A stretch of DNA of 64,000 nt, from the NCBI GenBank assembly GCA_049314515.1, contig JBMOEY010000001.1:23907-87906 (forward strand), in the 5' to 3' direction. Both the position numbers and the translations under genes were made by a program. This stretch comes from Microbacteriaceae bacterium (lineage in GTDB: Bacteria > Actinomycetota > Actinomycetes > Actinomycetales > Microbacteriaceae). Each line of letters begins with the position of its first letter. The first letter of the stretch is position 1. Positions 23,783 to 33,508 of the stretch are shown piece after piece. The notes beneath the pieces were generated by a model. The model was not told the origin of the DNA, made no database searches, and was given only the letters and a program-made list of their open reading frames with translations.

Positions 23783-24979
23783 CTAAACGTCGGTCGCTGT
23801 ACGAAGCGAATCAGAAATGTTTGCGATGAAATTATGAAGGTTTCGCTTGGTTTCGGATAAGTTGTCGCCACCGAATTTTTCCAGAACTGCCTCCGCGAGG
23901 ACTAGCGCGACCATCGCCTCCGCCACCACGCCAGCCGCAGGGACAGCAGAAACATCGGAGCGTTGGTGGTGAGCCGACGAGGATTCTCCCGTCACGAGAT
24001 CGACTGTCTTGAGTGCATGCGGCACAGTTGCGATGGGCTTCATTCCAGCTCGAACGCGGAGCACGGTTCCTGTGGAGATGCCACCCTCGATACCTCCGGC
24101 TCGACCAGTTTCGCGCACAATTCCGTCCGGAGAGGGCGTCATTTCGTCGTGCGCAAGAGACCCTCGTCGTCTCGTCGTTTCAAAACCGTCACCGACCTCG
24201 ACACCCTTGATTGCCTGGATGCCCATGAGAGCGCCGGCCAGGCGTGAGTCGAGTCGTCGATCCCAGTGCACATGGCTACCCAGCCCAACGGGCACGCCAT
24301 AGGCAAGTACCTCAACAACACCGCCAACTGTGTCGCCACTCTTGTGAGCGTCATCGACCTCAGCGAACATTAAGGCGCTCGTTTCAGGGTCATAGCACCG
24401 CAGTGGATCAGCGTCTATCAGGTCCACATCCTCGGGGTGAGGCAACCGCGCTCCTTCCGGAACGAAGATCGGCCCCATGGCGACGGTGTGCGCGATAGTT
24501 GTGATGCCGAGCTCACGCAAGAAGGACTTCGCGACGGCGCCGAGGGCTACGCGAGCCGCTGTTTCCCGCGCGGAGGCTCGCTCCAGTATCGGCCGTGCCT
24601 CATCAAAACCATATTTCTGCATGCCAACAAGGTCAGCATGGCCCGGGCGAGGCCGAGTGAGGGCGGCACCACGACCACTTTCGAGAACACTGGGATCAAC
24701 CGGCTCTGCACTCATCACCTGCTCCCATTTTGGCCATTCTGAATTGGCAATTCGCAGAGCCACTGGGCCGCCTAACGTCAAGCCGTGTCGCACTCCCCCG
24801 CTCATGAAGAGTTCATCTTGTTCAAACTTCATGCGCGCACCTCGACCAAAACCGAGTCGACGCCGAGCGAGGTCGGCAGCGATTTCTTCGCGACGAACGG
24901 GTACTCCGGCCGGCAAGCCCTCAATGATCGCGGTCAATTCGGGACCGTGAGATTCACCTGCAGTGAGCCATCGCAACAT
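23783..24979 (-). CDS. aroC: chorismate synthase
   Basis: 398-aa ORF containing [20 protein letters not shown] and [12 protein letters not shown]. Confidence 0.97.
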   Translation of the reverse strand: MLRWLTAGESHGPELTAIIEGLPAGVPVRREEIAADLARRRLGFGRGARMKFEQDELFMSGGVRHGLTLGGPVALRIANSEWPKWEQVMSAEPVDPSVLESGRGAALTRPRPGHADLVGMQKYGFDEARPILERASARETAARVALGAVAKSFLRELGITTIAHTVAMGPIFVPEGARLPHPEDVDLIDADPLRCYDPETSALMFAEVDDAHKSGDTVGGVVEVLAYGVPVGLGSHVHWDRRLDSRLAGALMGIQAIKGVEVGDGFETTRRRGSLAHDEMTPSPDGIVRETGRAGGIEGGISTGTVLRVRAGMKPIATVPHALKTVDLVTGESSSAHHQRSDVSAVPAAGVVAEAMVALVLAEAVLEKFGGDNLSETKRNLHNFIANISDSLRTATDV

Positions 24980-24983
24980 AGCC

Positions 24984-25859
24984 CTAGCCTACCGAGAGCA
25001 CTCGAAGACCTGTTTCGTCGAGGCCAACGGCGGCGAACATTGCGCGACGAACTTTGTCTTCTCTATCCAGAGGATTGTGAGGTTCACCCGACACGAATAT
25101 TCGCACCTGAACAAGTGCTTGGGCGGCGAGCATGCTGAGTCCACTGATGACGCGTCCACCCTCCTTTTGCCACGTGGCCGCGTTCATGCTCGGCCACACG
25201 TCATAAGCGATGTCAAAGAGCACATCTCCGGAAGATCGCTCAAGTCCAGAGAGGTCGACTCGGGCGGTGCCGGGAATCGTGCTCACCGTAACACTCGCTC
25301 GAGGTACCGAGACGATATCGTCCAAGGAATACAGTGAGAAACTGAGATCGAGACGGCGTGCGAGTGTCTCGATGGCCTCGGTTCGTTTGAGGTCGCGAGC
25401 GATGACACTAATTCGATGACAGCCCATACGAGAAAGCGCAACGAGGGCAGATGCAGCCGTTGCCCCGGCCCCCACGAGGGTCGCCGAGTCGACAGAGGTC
25501 AGGTCGAGAAGTCTCAGAGGGTTTTCTACGCCGGCAATATCCGTGTTGTAAGCGTGAAATCCATCACTGTGCTCATCTTGGCCGGTTAAACGAACCAACG
25601 TGTTTGCGCCACCGGTAAGAATGCTTCCCTCGTCCGACCACGCCGCAATTGTTTTTGCCTCGCGTTTGAGAGGCATGGTAACCGAAAAGCCACGCCAGCT
25701 CTCATCAAGAGCTTCCACAAAGGACGCGAGTTGGTGCTCGTGAACGACGATCCGCTCATAGCTCCAATCAAGACCGAGCGCTTCGTATGCTGCACCGTGC
25801 AGTTGCGGCGACTTTGAATGGTCGACCGGATCGCCAATCACCGCGAAGCGACTAGCCAT
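24984..25859 (-). CDS. aroE: shikimate dehydrogenase
   Basis: The track ORF 24984..26300 runs into mltG. ATG at 25859 gives [32 protein letters not shown]...VTMPLK...NTD..G...GAGATA (292 aa). It overlaps the mltG stop by 8 bp. Confidence 0.88.
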   Translation of the reverse strand: MASRFAVIGDPVDHSKSPQLHGAAYEALGLDWSYERIVVHEHQLASFVEALDESWRGFSVTMPLKREAKTIAAWSDEGSILTGGANTLVRLTGQDEHSDGFHAYNTDIAGVENPLRLLDLTSVDSATLVGAGATAASALVALSRMGCHRISVIARDLKRTEAIETLARRLDLSFSLYSLDDIVSVPRASVTVSTIPGTARVDLSGLERSSGDVLFDIAYDVWPSMNAATWQKEGGRVISGLSMLAAQALVQVRIFVSGEPHNPLDREDKVRRAMFAAVGLDETGLRVLSVG

Positions 25860-27021
25860 ACTCCGGGTGCTCATCCATCCAGGCAATCCACTTTTCGACG
25901 CCCGCCGCGTGCTCATCCGCTGTTTCCGAGAAGATTGTTTCTCCGGTGTCGAGATTCCACGTGACAAAAAACATCCACGGCCCATCCGCGGGATGAAGCA
26001 CGGCATCAATAGCCAAATCACTGGGGTTACAGATGGGGGCGAATGGCAAACCAGGGTGAACGTAGGTGTTGTAGGGGTTGCCCTCGTCGGCCCGTTCAGC
26101 GGAAGTTGTCTCGACCCGATTCGTGGCGCCAGTGCCATACGCCACCGTTGCGTCGGATTCCATGTTCCAACCTTGATCAAGTCGATTCTGAAAAACGCGC
26201 GCGACCTTGTAGAAATCATCGCGTAATCCGGACTCTTTTTGAACGAGGGAAGCAAACGTGATGATTCGGTAGCGGTCCTCTGTGGATACACCAGCCGCAT
26301 CTAGGGCCTCAAAACAGCGATCAACCATTGCTTGCAGAATTTCATGCGCTGTCAGTCCTGGACTGAAATCGTAGGTAGCGGGGTAAAGAAAGCCCTCCAG
26401 TGAAACAGCCTCTGCCGGCAAACCGAACGAGGCAACATCTGCTGCGGCGGTCTGAACCTCGGAAAGCGGAATTTCTGCCTTCGTGGATATTTCTTGCAGA
26501 ACATTCGTCATGCGCTCACCTTCCGGAATAACCACGGTGACAGTCACAAGATTCGACAGGTTCTGCAATGCGTCCAAAGCCCCCTGAGCAGACATTTCGA
26601 GCTTGAGTTTAAATACGCCCGGAACGAAGACAACTTGCGGTTCGGCATTGAGCAGGAGCGTGTAGAACGGATCAAAAGACTTAATCACGCCTGCCTCAAC
26701 CAAATTGTTCGCAATCTGGTCTCCAATTTCGCCCTCATTGATTGTGAACATGACTTCGCCTTTTCCTGGACCGGGGAAGTCATCGGGAGCGGCAAAGAGA
26801 CTGGAAAGAGGACCCGACGTAACTGCCCAAAAACCAGCACCTCCAAGCCCAAGCAGCAAGACCACTGTTGAGAGGCTTGCAATGAGCGCAACGCGACCGC
26901 GGCGGCGTGAGCCTTGCGGACCTGGTGGCACGGTGCCACCACCGAAAGGACTCGGAGCTGGTGCACCCAGCGTTGAATTCTGGTTCGTATTGGACCCAAA
27001 CGATGAATTAAAGTCGCTCAT
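25852..27021 (-). CDS. mltG: endolytic murein transglycosylase MltG (YceG-like)
   Basis: 389-aa ORF with an N-terminal TM segment (VALIASLSTVVLLLGLGGAGFW). The YceG core reads LEGFLYPATY...ASLVQKE......VARVF.NRL......ESDATV.Y...NTY...GLP..PI.NP. Confidence 0.9.
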   Translation of the reverse strand: MSDFNSSFGSNTNQNSTLGAPAPSPFGGGTVPPGPQGSRRRGRVALIASLSTVVLLLGLGGAGFWAVTSGPLSSLFAAPDDFPGPGKGEVMFTINEGEIGDQIANNLVEAGVIKSFDPFYTLLLNAEPQVVFVPGVFKLKLEMSAQGALDALQNLSNLVTVTVVIPEGERMTNVLQEISTKAEIPLSEVQTAAADVASFGLPAEAVSLEGFLYPATYDFSPGLTAHEILQAMVDRCFEALDAAGVSTEDRYRIITFASLVQKESGLRDDFYKVARVFQNRLDQGWNMESDATVAYGTGATNRVETTSAERADEGNPYNTYVHPGLPFAPICNPSDLAIDAVLHPADGPWMFFVTWNLDTGETIFSETADEHAAGVEKWIAWMDEHPEYG

Positions 27022-27030
27022 CTGGTCTCC

Positions 27031-27486
27031 CTAGCTAATATCGCGGACATTCGATCCCGGCACCACACCCTGTGAACGCTCAGAATCAAGAGCGTGCTGA
27101 AGGAGCATAACAGCGGCGACCTGGTCAACAACCGAACGTGAGCGACTGGGTTGCTTTCCGTTCATGCGCAACGCTGAATGTGCTGACACCGTCGTGAGTC
27201 GCTCGTCGATGAGCCGAACGGGGACCGAGGACACGGATGCGATTTGCTGAGCGAATCTGATGGCATCCTCCGTTGATAATGTGTGTTTCCCTGCCAAGTT
27301 CATGGGTAAGCCAACGAAAATTTCGAGCACACTGAGTTCCGATGCGATGACCAGAAGACGCTCTATTGCACTTTCGTCTCGGAGCACGGTCTCCACGGGG
27401 GATGCGAGAATTCCTTCCGCATCAGACCGCGCGACGCCGATTCGCGTCGCTCCGACATCGACGCCCAGCCTTACGCCTGATCGCAT
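27031..27486 (-). CDS. ruvX: Holliday junction resolvase-like nuclease RuvX/YqgF
   Basis: 151-aa ORF containing LGVDVGATRIGVARSD, VGLP and DERLTT. Lies downstream of alaS. Confidence 0.92.
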   Translation of the reverse strand: MRSGVRLGVDVGATRIGVARSDAEGILASPVETVLRDESAIERLLVIASELSVLEIFVGLPMNLAGKHTLSTEDAIRFAQQIASVSSVPVRLIDERLTTVSAHSALRMNGKQPSRSRSVVDQVAAVMLLQHALDSERSQGVVPGSNVRDIS

Positions 27487-27487
27487 G

Positions 27488-30148
27488 TCACCGAGTCGTA
27501 ATCGCCGCAGTGACCGCCGTCAGGGCATCCAAAAGTTTAGACGCATCCGACCCACCACCTTGAGCCATGTCATCGCGGCCACCGCCGCCACCGCCGAGCA
27601 CATCGGCCGCGACCTTGGCCAGTGGTCCAGCCACAACGCCAACCTGGCGGGAACCTTCAGTCGTTGCGACAATTACGGCGGGCTTGCCGTCGATGATGGA
27701 GCCTAAGGCGATAACGAATGGCTCGGACTGAACCTTGTCCCGCACAGCAGTTACGAGACCCCGTAAATCATCCGATGTACTCACACCTTCCACTGAGGTG
27801 ACGATTGCGGAGACGCTCCCGAGTTGCGCGGAGGCGGCCACAAGTGACGGAACTTGCTCACGTAAGAGCCGGGCCTCGAATTCTGCGACCCGGCGTTCCG
27901 CCTGCTTGAGGCTTGCAACAAGTTCCGACACGCGTGCCGTAACTTGATCTCGGGGCGCCTTCAGTGACGCCGAAAGCTCGGCAACAATGCTCCGCTCAAC
28001 GACCAGGCTCCTGAACGCGTCCTGTCCCACGAAAGCTTCAATTCGGCGGTTTGACGAGCCTACGGAACTCTCCGCCGTGATACTCACGAGTCCGACCTGT
28101 GAGCTCCTCGACACGTGCGTTCCGGCACACAGTTCTCGCGACCATGGACCACCGATGTCCACCATGCGAACGACCTCACCGTACTTCTCTCCGAAGAGTG
28201 CCATTGCGCCCAGAGCCTTTGCCTCGTCGAGAGCCATTTCACGAGTCACGACGTCATAATCAGCGAGAATCGCGTTGTTCGCGATTTCTTCAATTTCGGA
28301 TCGCGTTTCGCGCGATAACGCATCATTCCAGGTGAAGTCCAAGCGCATGTAGCCCGCCTTGTTGTAGGAGCCACTCTGGTGGGCTGTTTCACCCAGCGTC
28401 TCACGCAGAGCCGCATGAATGAGGTGCGTGGCGCTGTGAGCCTGTGCCGCGGCACGTCTCCAGGCGCGATCAACGTGCGTGCTCGCGCCTGCTCCCACGG
28501 AGATGGTGCCCGCGCGAACTCGGGCCGTGTGACTGACCAGACCCTTGATGGGTTTCTGCACATCAAGCACCTCGAGGTCGAAGCCCGGACCAGCAATGGA
28601 TCCGGCGTCCGATTCCTGACCACCCGACTCCGCGTAGAGCGAGGTGGCCGTCAAAATGACTTCAATCGTCTCACCTTCGCTGGCACTCATGACAGGCAGT
28701 CCGTCTCTCAGGAGCCCGATAACAGTTGCCTCCGTGTCAAACTCGTTATAACCGGTGAAGACCGTTTCTCCCGCAGACCTCATCTCGCTGTACACACTGA
28801 GATCGGCCAATATTGACTTCTTCGCCTTAGCATCGGCCTTGGCTCGCTGCCGCTGTTGCGCCATCAAAGTATCGAACGCGGCCCGGTCAACCGATAGCCC
28901 GGCTTCATCGGCCATTTCGAGCGTGAGGTCAATCGGAAACCCAAACGTATCGTGCAATAAAAACGCAGTGTCCCCGGGAAGACGGCTAGCTCCCTTTTTC
29001 ATAATGTCGGAGACGGCGGTGTCGAGAATTGTCGTGCCCGATGCCAGAGTCTTGAGGAACGCATCCTCTTCTCCATAAGCGATTTGCGCGATTCGCGAAA
29101 AGTCAGTCTCAACACCCGGGTAGGCGGCTTTCATGGCGTCGCGAGAAGCGGTAAAGAGTTCGGGGAATGTGACCGCGTCGACACCGAGCAGTCGCATTGC
29201 ACGGACAGACCGGCGAAGAAGTCGACGAAGGATGTAACCCCGTCCCTCGTTTGACGTCGACACACCATCCGACATGAGCATGAGCGAACTTCGCACGTGA
29301 TCTGCAATGACCCGCAAACGCACGTCGTTCTCATGATCTTGGCCGTACGTTATGCCGGCCATGTCAGCCGCGCGGTCGAGAACGGGACGCACTTGATCAA
29401 TTTCGTAGAGGTTTTCGACACCCTGCTTCAGAAAAGCGACGCGTTCCAGACCCATCCCCGTGTCGATGTTCTTGTTGGGCAACTCGCCAAGAATCTCAAA
29501 CTCGGTCTTGCTCGTCCCTTCCCCGCGTGCATATTGCATGAAGACAAGGTTCCAAATTTCGATATACCGGTTTTCGTCGGCCACGGGTCCACCCTCGACC
29601 CCGTAATTGGGTCCCCGGTCGAAATAGATTTCCGAACATGGACCAGCTGGGCCCGGTTGACCGGTTGACCAGTAATTGTCTTCTTTGCCACGACGTTGGA
29701 TGCGCTCCGTCGGAAGTCCCGCAATCTTGCTCCACAGCTCGATTGCCTCATCATCATCTTCGTAAACCGTGACCCAGAGGTCCTTCTCTGCGAAACCCAG
29801 TCCTCCATCGCTTTCTGGAGAAGTCAGAAGTTCCCAGGCGAAGCCAATTGCACCCTCTTTGAAATAGTCGCCGAACGAAAAATTGCCGTTCATCTGGAAA
29901 AACGTCCCGTGACGCGTGGTCTTTCCGACTTCCTCAATATCGAGCGTTCTGATGCACTTTTGAACACTCGTGGCACGCGGGTATGGCGGAGGCACGTGAC
30001 CGGACAGGTAAGGGATGAACGGAACCATGCCCGCAACTGTGAATAACAGCGTGGGATCGTCGCTCACGAGAGATGCCGAGGGTACGACCGTGTGGCCGTT
30101 CTTTGCGAAGTAATCGAGCCAGCGTTTGGCGATCTCGGCGGTCTGCAT
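27488..30148 (-). CDS. alaS: alanine--tRNA ligase
   Basis: 886-aa ORF beginning MQTAEIAKRWLDYFAKNGHT.VPS.SLV and containing FTVAGMVPF, the HSATHL editing-domain motif and a C-terminal GGGGG. Confidence 0.98.
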   Translation of the reverse strand: MQTAEIAKRWLDYFAKNGHTVVPSASLVSDDPTLLFTVAGMVPFIPYLSGHVPPPYPRATSVQKCIRTLDIEEVGKTTRHGTFFQMNGNFSFGDYFKEGAIGFAWELLTSPESDGGLGFAEKDLWVTVYEDDDEAIELWSKIAGLPTERIQRRGKEDNYWSTGQPGPAGPCSEIYFDRGPNYGVEGGPVADENRYIEIWNLVFMQYARGEGTSKTEFEILGELPNKNIDTGMGLERVAFLKQGVENLYEIDQVRPVLDRAADMAGITYGQDHENDVRLRVIADHVRSSLMLMSDGVSTSNEGRGYILRRLLRRSVRAMRLLGVDAVTFPELFTASRDAMKAAYPGVETDFSRIAQIAYGEEDAFLKTLASGTTILDTAVSDIMKKGASRLPGDTAFLLHDTFGFPIDLTLEMADEAGLSVDRAAFDTLMAQQRQRAKADAKAKKSILADLSVYSEMRSAGETVFTGYNEFDTEATVIGLLRDGLPVMSASEGETIEVILTATSLYAESGGQESDAGSIAGPGFDLEVLDVQKPIKGLVSHTARVRAGTISVGAGASTHVDRAWRRAAAQAHSATHLIHAALRETLGETAHQSGSYNKAGYMRLDFTWNDALSRETRSEIEEIANNAILADYDVVTREMALDEAKALGAMALFGEKYGEVVRMVDIGGPWSRELCAGTHVSRSSQVGLVSITAESSVGSSNRRIEAFVGQDAFRSLVVERSIVAELSASLKAPRDQVTARVSELVASLKQAERRVAEFEARLLREQVPSLVAASAQLGSVSAIVTSVEGVSTSDDLRGLVTAVRDKVQSEPFVIALGSIIDGKPAVIVATTEGSRQVGVVAGPLAKVAADVLGGGGGGRDDMAQGGGSDASKLLDALTAVTAAITTR

Positions 30149-30154
30149 TGTGGG

Positions 30155-30337
30155 TTACTTGCCCTGACGCAGTTCGGCGTCACGCGTGCGGTATCCGTCG
30201 ACGACGGCTTCTTTCACACCCGAAACAGCGGAATCTACGTTGGCAAGAAATGCCTTACCGGATTCGGTCTTGCTCACCTCATGAGCGATGACGAATCCCG
30301 CAACGACACCCAGCGAAATCAAAAGAATGTTCTTCAT
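30155..30337 (-). CDS. small single-TM protein
   Basis: The track ORF extends to 30382, but that extension overlaps the rpsD terminator hairpin. ATG at 30337 gives 60 aa: MKNILLISLGVVAGFVIAHEV followed by an amphipathic tail. It ends 7 bp upstream of alaS. Confidence 0.5.
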   Translation of the reverse strand: MKNILLISLGVVAGFVIAHEVSKTESGKAFLANVDSAVSGVKEAVVDGYRTRDAELRQGK

Positions 30338-30362
30338 AAGGCTCAAGTGTAGGCGAAACGAA

Positions 30363-30402
30363 CGAGGCGGCCGACTCGCCAAATGCGCGAACGGCCGCCT
30401 CG
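30363..30402 (-). terminator. intrinsic terminator-like hairpin downstream of rpsD
   Basis: Perfect 11-bp stem CGAGGCGGCCG / CGGCCGCCUCG with an inner 4-bp stem. On the minus strand it is followed by UUCGUUUCG. It starts 27 nt after the rpsD stop. Confidence 0.65.
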
Positions 30403-30428
30403 AATCGAGCTACGACAGACGTTGAGGA

Positions 30429-31058
30429 CTAGCGTGCGGCGTAGTACTCAACGACGAGCTGAACTTCACACGTCACGGGAACTTCGGCGCGCTTGGGACG
30501 ACGAACCAACGTCGTGCGCAGCTTGTCGAGCTCGACCTCGAGATAGCCCGGGACGGGAGGTAGAACATCCACGTGCCCACCGGCGGCGGCAACCTGAAAT
30601 GGCTCCATGCCCTCGCTACGCTCGCGAACCTGAATGACCTGTCCCGGCTTCACCCGGAACGAGGGACGGTCAACCAACTCGCCGTTGACCGTGATGTGGC
30701 GATGAACAACCATCTGACGCGCTTGAGCCTGAGTGCGCGCAAATCCCGAGCGCAGCACGAGCGCGTCGAGACGCATCTCGAGCAACTCAACTAGATTCTC
30801 ACCAGTCAAGCCTTCAGTTCGGCGCGCCTCTTGGAACACACGACGCAGCTGCGCCTCACGAATTCCATATTGCGCACGGAGACGCTGCTTCTCGCGCAGA
30901 CGGACGGCGTAGTCGCTATCTGCCTTGCGCTTAGTGCGACCATGCTCGCCCGGAGCGTAGGGACGCTTTTCGAGGTACTTCGCCGCTTTTGGCGTCAGCG
31001 GAATACCGAGCGCGCGGGAAAGACGGGTCTTACTGCGGGTACGTGACTTGTCAGACAC
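30429..31058 (-). CDS. rpsD: 30S ribosomal protein S4
   Basis: 209-aa ORF with a GTG start. Contains LSRALGIPLTPKA, YGIREAQLR and RLD.LV.R.GFARTQAQARQMV.H. Confidence 0.97.
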   Translation of the reverse strand: MSDKSRTRSKTRLSRALGIPLTPKAAKYLEKRPYAPGEHGRTKRKADSDYAVRLREKQRLRAQYGIREAQLRRVFQEARRTEGLTGENLVELLEMRLDALVLRSGFARTQAQARQMVVHRHITVNGELVDRPSFRVKPGQVIQVRERSEGMEPFQVAAAGGHVDVLPPVPGYLEVELDKLRTTLVRRPKRAEVPVTCEVQLVVEYYAAR

Positions 31059-31230
31059 GATGTCCTTTCGATTTTCACAACATTAAAAAGCACGTATGGC
31101 ACACGAGCGAGAAAAATGAGAGGTTGTGCCAGGAGCCCGGCTACAGGGCAATTCCAGATCTTCGCCTCTCGTCACGCAGCCGCACGCAACAAGAAGAAAA
31201 CAGGCGACCTAATGCTAGCACCCTTGCTTT

Positions 31231-32547
31231 CTAGTGTTCACGCAAGATGCGCTGGATGCGTTGCCAGCGTTCATTGAATCCTGCCTCGGCACCGCGGTCT
31301 GTCGGGTGGTAATACGCCACGGCACTCAATTCGTCGGGGAGATAGCTCTGAGCTGCGATTCCGTGCGGCGCACCATGGGCGTATATATAGCCAACACCGT
31401 GACCCAGGCGCTTGGCTCCCGAGTAGCTCGCGTCACGAAGATGAACTGGAACAGGGCCAAATTTGCCGTTTCGGACGTCAGCCAGGGCCTCGTTGATCGC
31501 GGTGTACGCGGAATTCGATTTTGGACTCAACGCAAGGAAAATTGTCACTTCGGCAAGTGGGATACGACCTTCCGGCATTCCGACGAATGCAACGGCATCA
31601 GCCGCCGCAATTGCTAACTCCAACGCGCGTGGCTCGGCAAGACCAATGTCCTCGGCCGCAGAAATGATCAGGCGGCGAGCAATGAAACGAGGGTCCTCTC
31701 CTGCTTCAATCATTCGGGCAAGGTAATGAATCGCCGCATCCGCATCAGAGCCGCGGATCGACTTGATAAACGCAGAAATCACGTCGTAGTGCTCATCACC
31801 CTGGCGGTCGTAGCGAAGTAATGCGCGGTCAACAGCCTGCGAGACCATGTCAGCTGTGATGAGGTTATCGCCCGACGCGGCAGCGATAGCAGCGGAAGCC
31901 TCGAGCGAGGTCAACGCACGCCGCGCGTCGCCCGAAGAAAATTGCACGATGGCGTCTCGTGCGGTGGGGTCGAGCACAACTTCATTAGCCAGACCGACAG
32001 GTGAGCTCACGGCGTTGTCTAACAGTCGCGAGACGTCGGAATGCGACAGCGGTTCCAGTCGCAGGAGCAAGCTTCGTGATAGCAGTGGCGTGACCACGCT
32101 GAACGAGGGGTTCTCGGTCGTTGCCGCAACTAACGTCACAATGCCATTTTCCACGCCAGGTAACAGCGCATCCTGCTGGGCCTTGTTGAAACGGTGAATT
32201 TCGTCGAGAAAAAGAACCGTTGAGGTTCCGTACATTTCGCGAGAGCCGCGCGCGCGTTCCATGACATCGCGAACGTCTTTAACGCCCGCCGTGACGGCAG
32301 ATAGTTCAACAAACTTGCGTCCGGACTCCGCTGCGATGACCTGAGCGATGCTCGTTTTTCCCGTACCGGGTGGTCCCCAGAGGATTACAGACACGCCAGA
32401 ACGAGCGTCAGGATTGGCCAATTGTGAAAGTGGCGAACCCGGAGTAATGAGGTGCTGTTGCCCGAAAATTTCTCGGAGAGTGCGCGGGCGCATCCTCACA
32501 GCGAGCGGAGCCGTAGCCCCGCCGAGTCCCCGATTTTCCGCGTCCAC
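31231..32547 (-). CDS. rarA: replication-associated recombination protein A (AAA+ ATPase)
   Basis: 438-aa ORF containing PLAVRMRPRTL.E..GQ.HL, ILWGPPGTGKTS, LFLDEIHRFNK.QQD and AIHYLARM...GEDP. Confidence 0.94.
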   Translation of the reverse strand: MDAENRGLGGATAPLAVRMRPRTLREIFGQQHLITPGSPLSQLANPDARSGVSVILWGPPGTGKTSIAQVIAAESGRKFVELSAVTAGVKDVRDVMERARGSREMYGTSTVLFLDEIHRFNKAQQDALLPGVENGIVTLVAATTENPSFSVVTPLLSRSLLLRLEPLSHSDVSRLLDNAVSSPVGLANEVVLDPTARDAIVQFSSGDARRALTSLEASAAIAAASGDNLITADMVSQAVDRALLRYDRQGDEHYDVISAFIKSIRGSDADAAIHYLARMIEAGEDPRFIARRLIISAAEDIGLAEPRALELAIAAADAVAFVGMPEGRIPLAEVTIFLALSPKSNSAYTAINEALADVRNGKFGPVPVHLRDASYSGAKRLGHGVGYIYAHGAPHGIAAQSYLPDELSAVAYYHPTDRGAEAGFNERWQRIQRILREH

Positions 32548-32681
32548 GAAACAAGGGTAGCCCGCCCCGACAGATGGATAGCCGGAAGACGCCTGACACG
32601 AGTTCTCGAGTGTGATTCGAATCGATTAGATTCAAAGCTGCGCAAAAGTTCACTAAATCAGTTGCAATAAAAGAGGGAACA

Positions 32682-33446
32682 GTGGCCACACCAAAAAAGA
32701 CGTCAAAAATCGATCGCGTTTCCCGAGATCGAGTGCGCGCCTATGAAGCTCGGCAGCAGGTCCATAGTCACATCATCGCTCGCCGGCGACGCGACAACCT
32801 CATTGCAGCCGTCGCCGTCATTGTGGTTACTGGCCTCACGGTAGGTGCGCAACTTCTCCACGTGGCAACAAACCCCGCGAACCCCACACCCACGCCTACC
32901 AGCCTGGCAGATTCGGCAAAAATTCCTGACCCTGCACTCGCTGCGAACAGGATGTGGAGCGGTTCGCTCACTCTCAACGACGTGCCGCTTCAAGTCGAAC
33001 TTGATGGCATCAAGGCGCCTCAGGCCGTAGCGAGCACCATCAGCCTCGCTTCGTCGGGCTTTTACAACAACGTTCCGTGCCACCGCCTCACGACGGCCGG
33101 CATCTTCGTTCTCCAATGCGGTGACCCTCAAGGTGATGGTTCCGGAGGACCGGGGTATGAGTACGGTCCAGTTGAGAACGCTCCAGCGGATGACCTGTAC
33201 CCCGCCGGCACGATTGCCATGGCGCGCCAGAGTGGTAACGGATCGAGTATGGGGAGTCAATTCTTCATTGTCTACGCTGACAGCTCGATTCCGAGTGACG
33301 TTGCGGGGGGCTACAGCGTCATCGGACGTGTGACCGTAGGACTGGACCTACTGCAAAAGCAGGTCGTCGATGCGGGCGTTCAAAATGGATCCAATGACGG
33401 AAAGCCTGTCGTCGACGTCCGAATCACCAATTTCATCCTGCAGTAA
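32682..33446 (+). CDS. membrane-anchored cyclophilin-type peptidyl-prolyl cis-trans isomerase
   Basis: 254-aa ORF with a GTG start and a TM helix (LIAAVAVIVVTGLTVGAQLL). The cyclophilin core reads FHRL...FVLQCGDP.GDGSGGPGY......GT.AMAR.....S.GSQFFIVY. Confidence 0.9.
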   Translation: MATPKKTSKIDRVSRDRVRAYEARQQVHSHIIARRRRDNLIAAVAVIVVTGLTVGAQLLHVATNPANPTPTPTSLADSAKIPDPALAANRMWSGSLTLNDVPLQVELDGIKAPQAVASTISLASSGFYNNVPCHRLTTAGIFVLQCGDPQGDGSGGPGYEYGPVENAPADDLYPAGTIAMARQSGNGSSMGSQFFIVYADSSIPSDVAGGYSVIGRVTVGLDLLQKQVVDAGVQNGSNDGKPVVDVRITNFILQ

Positions 33447-33508
33447 GCAACACGTCACGGGCGTAGGCTAGATTCCGCCCATCAGCCATTGAAGAGAGAA
33501 GTTCGAGC

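Noticed and set aside
25860-26300. Upstream extensions of aroE. The same issue affects the pyr-operon membrane protein (17763-18017), yebC (43815-43868), pdxT (44458-44652), the HIT gene (45952-46071) and rnd (55136-55327).
   Set aside because: Each extension overlaps the well-supported upstream gene in another frame. Internal starts give canonical N-termini and the short overlaps typical of this genome.
32614-32623. Perfect 10-bp palindrome GATTCGAATC in the rarA/cyclophilin divergent spacer. Also the shared 8-mer GTGATTCG with the zapE/rhodanese spacer (52533-52540).
   Set aside because: By my rough estimate, an 8-mer match is expected about twice by chance in a window this size. A single short palindrome with no second occurrence cannot support an operator call.
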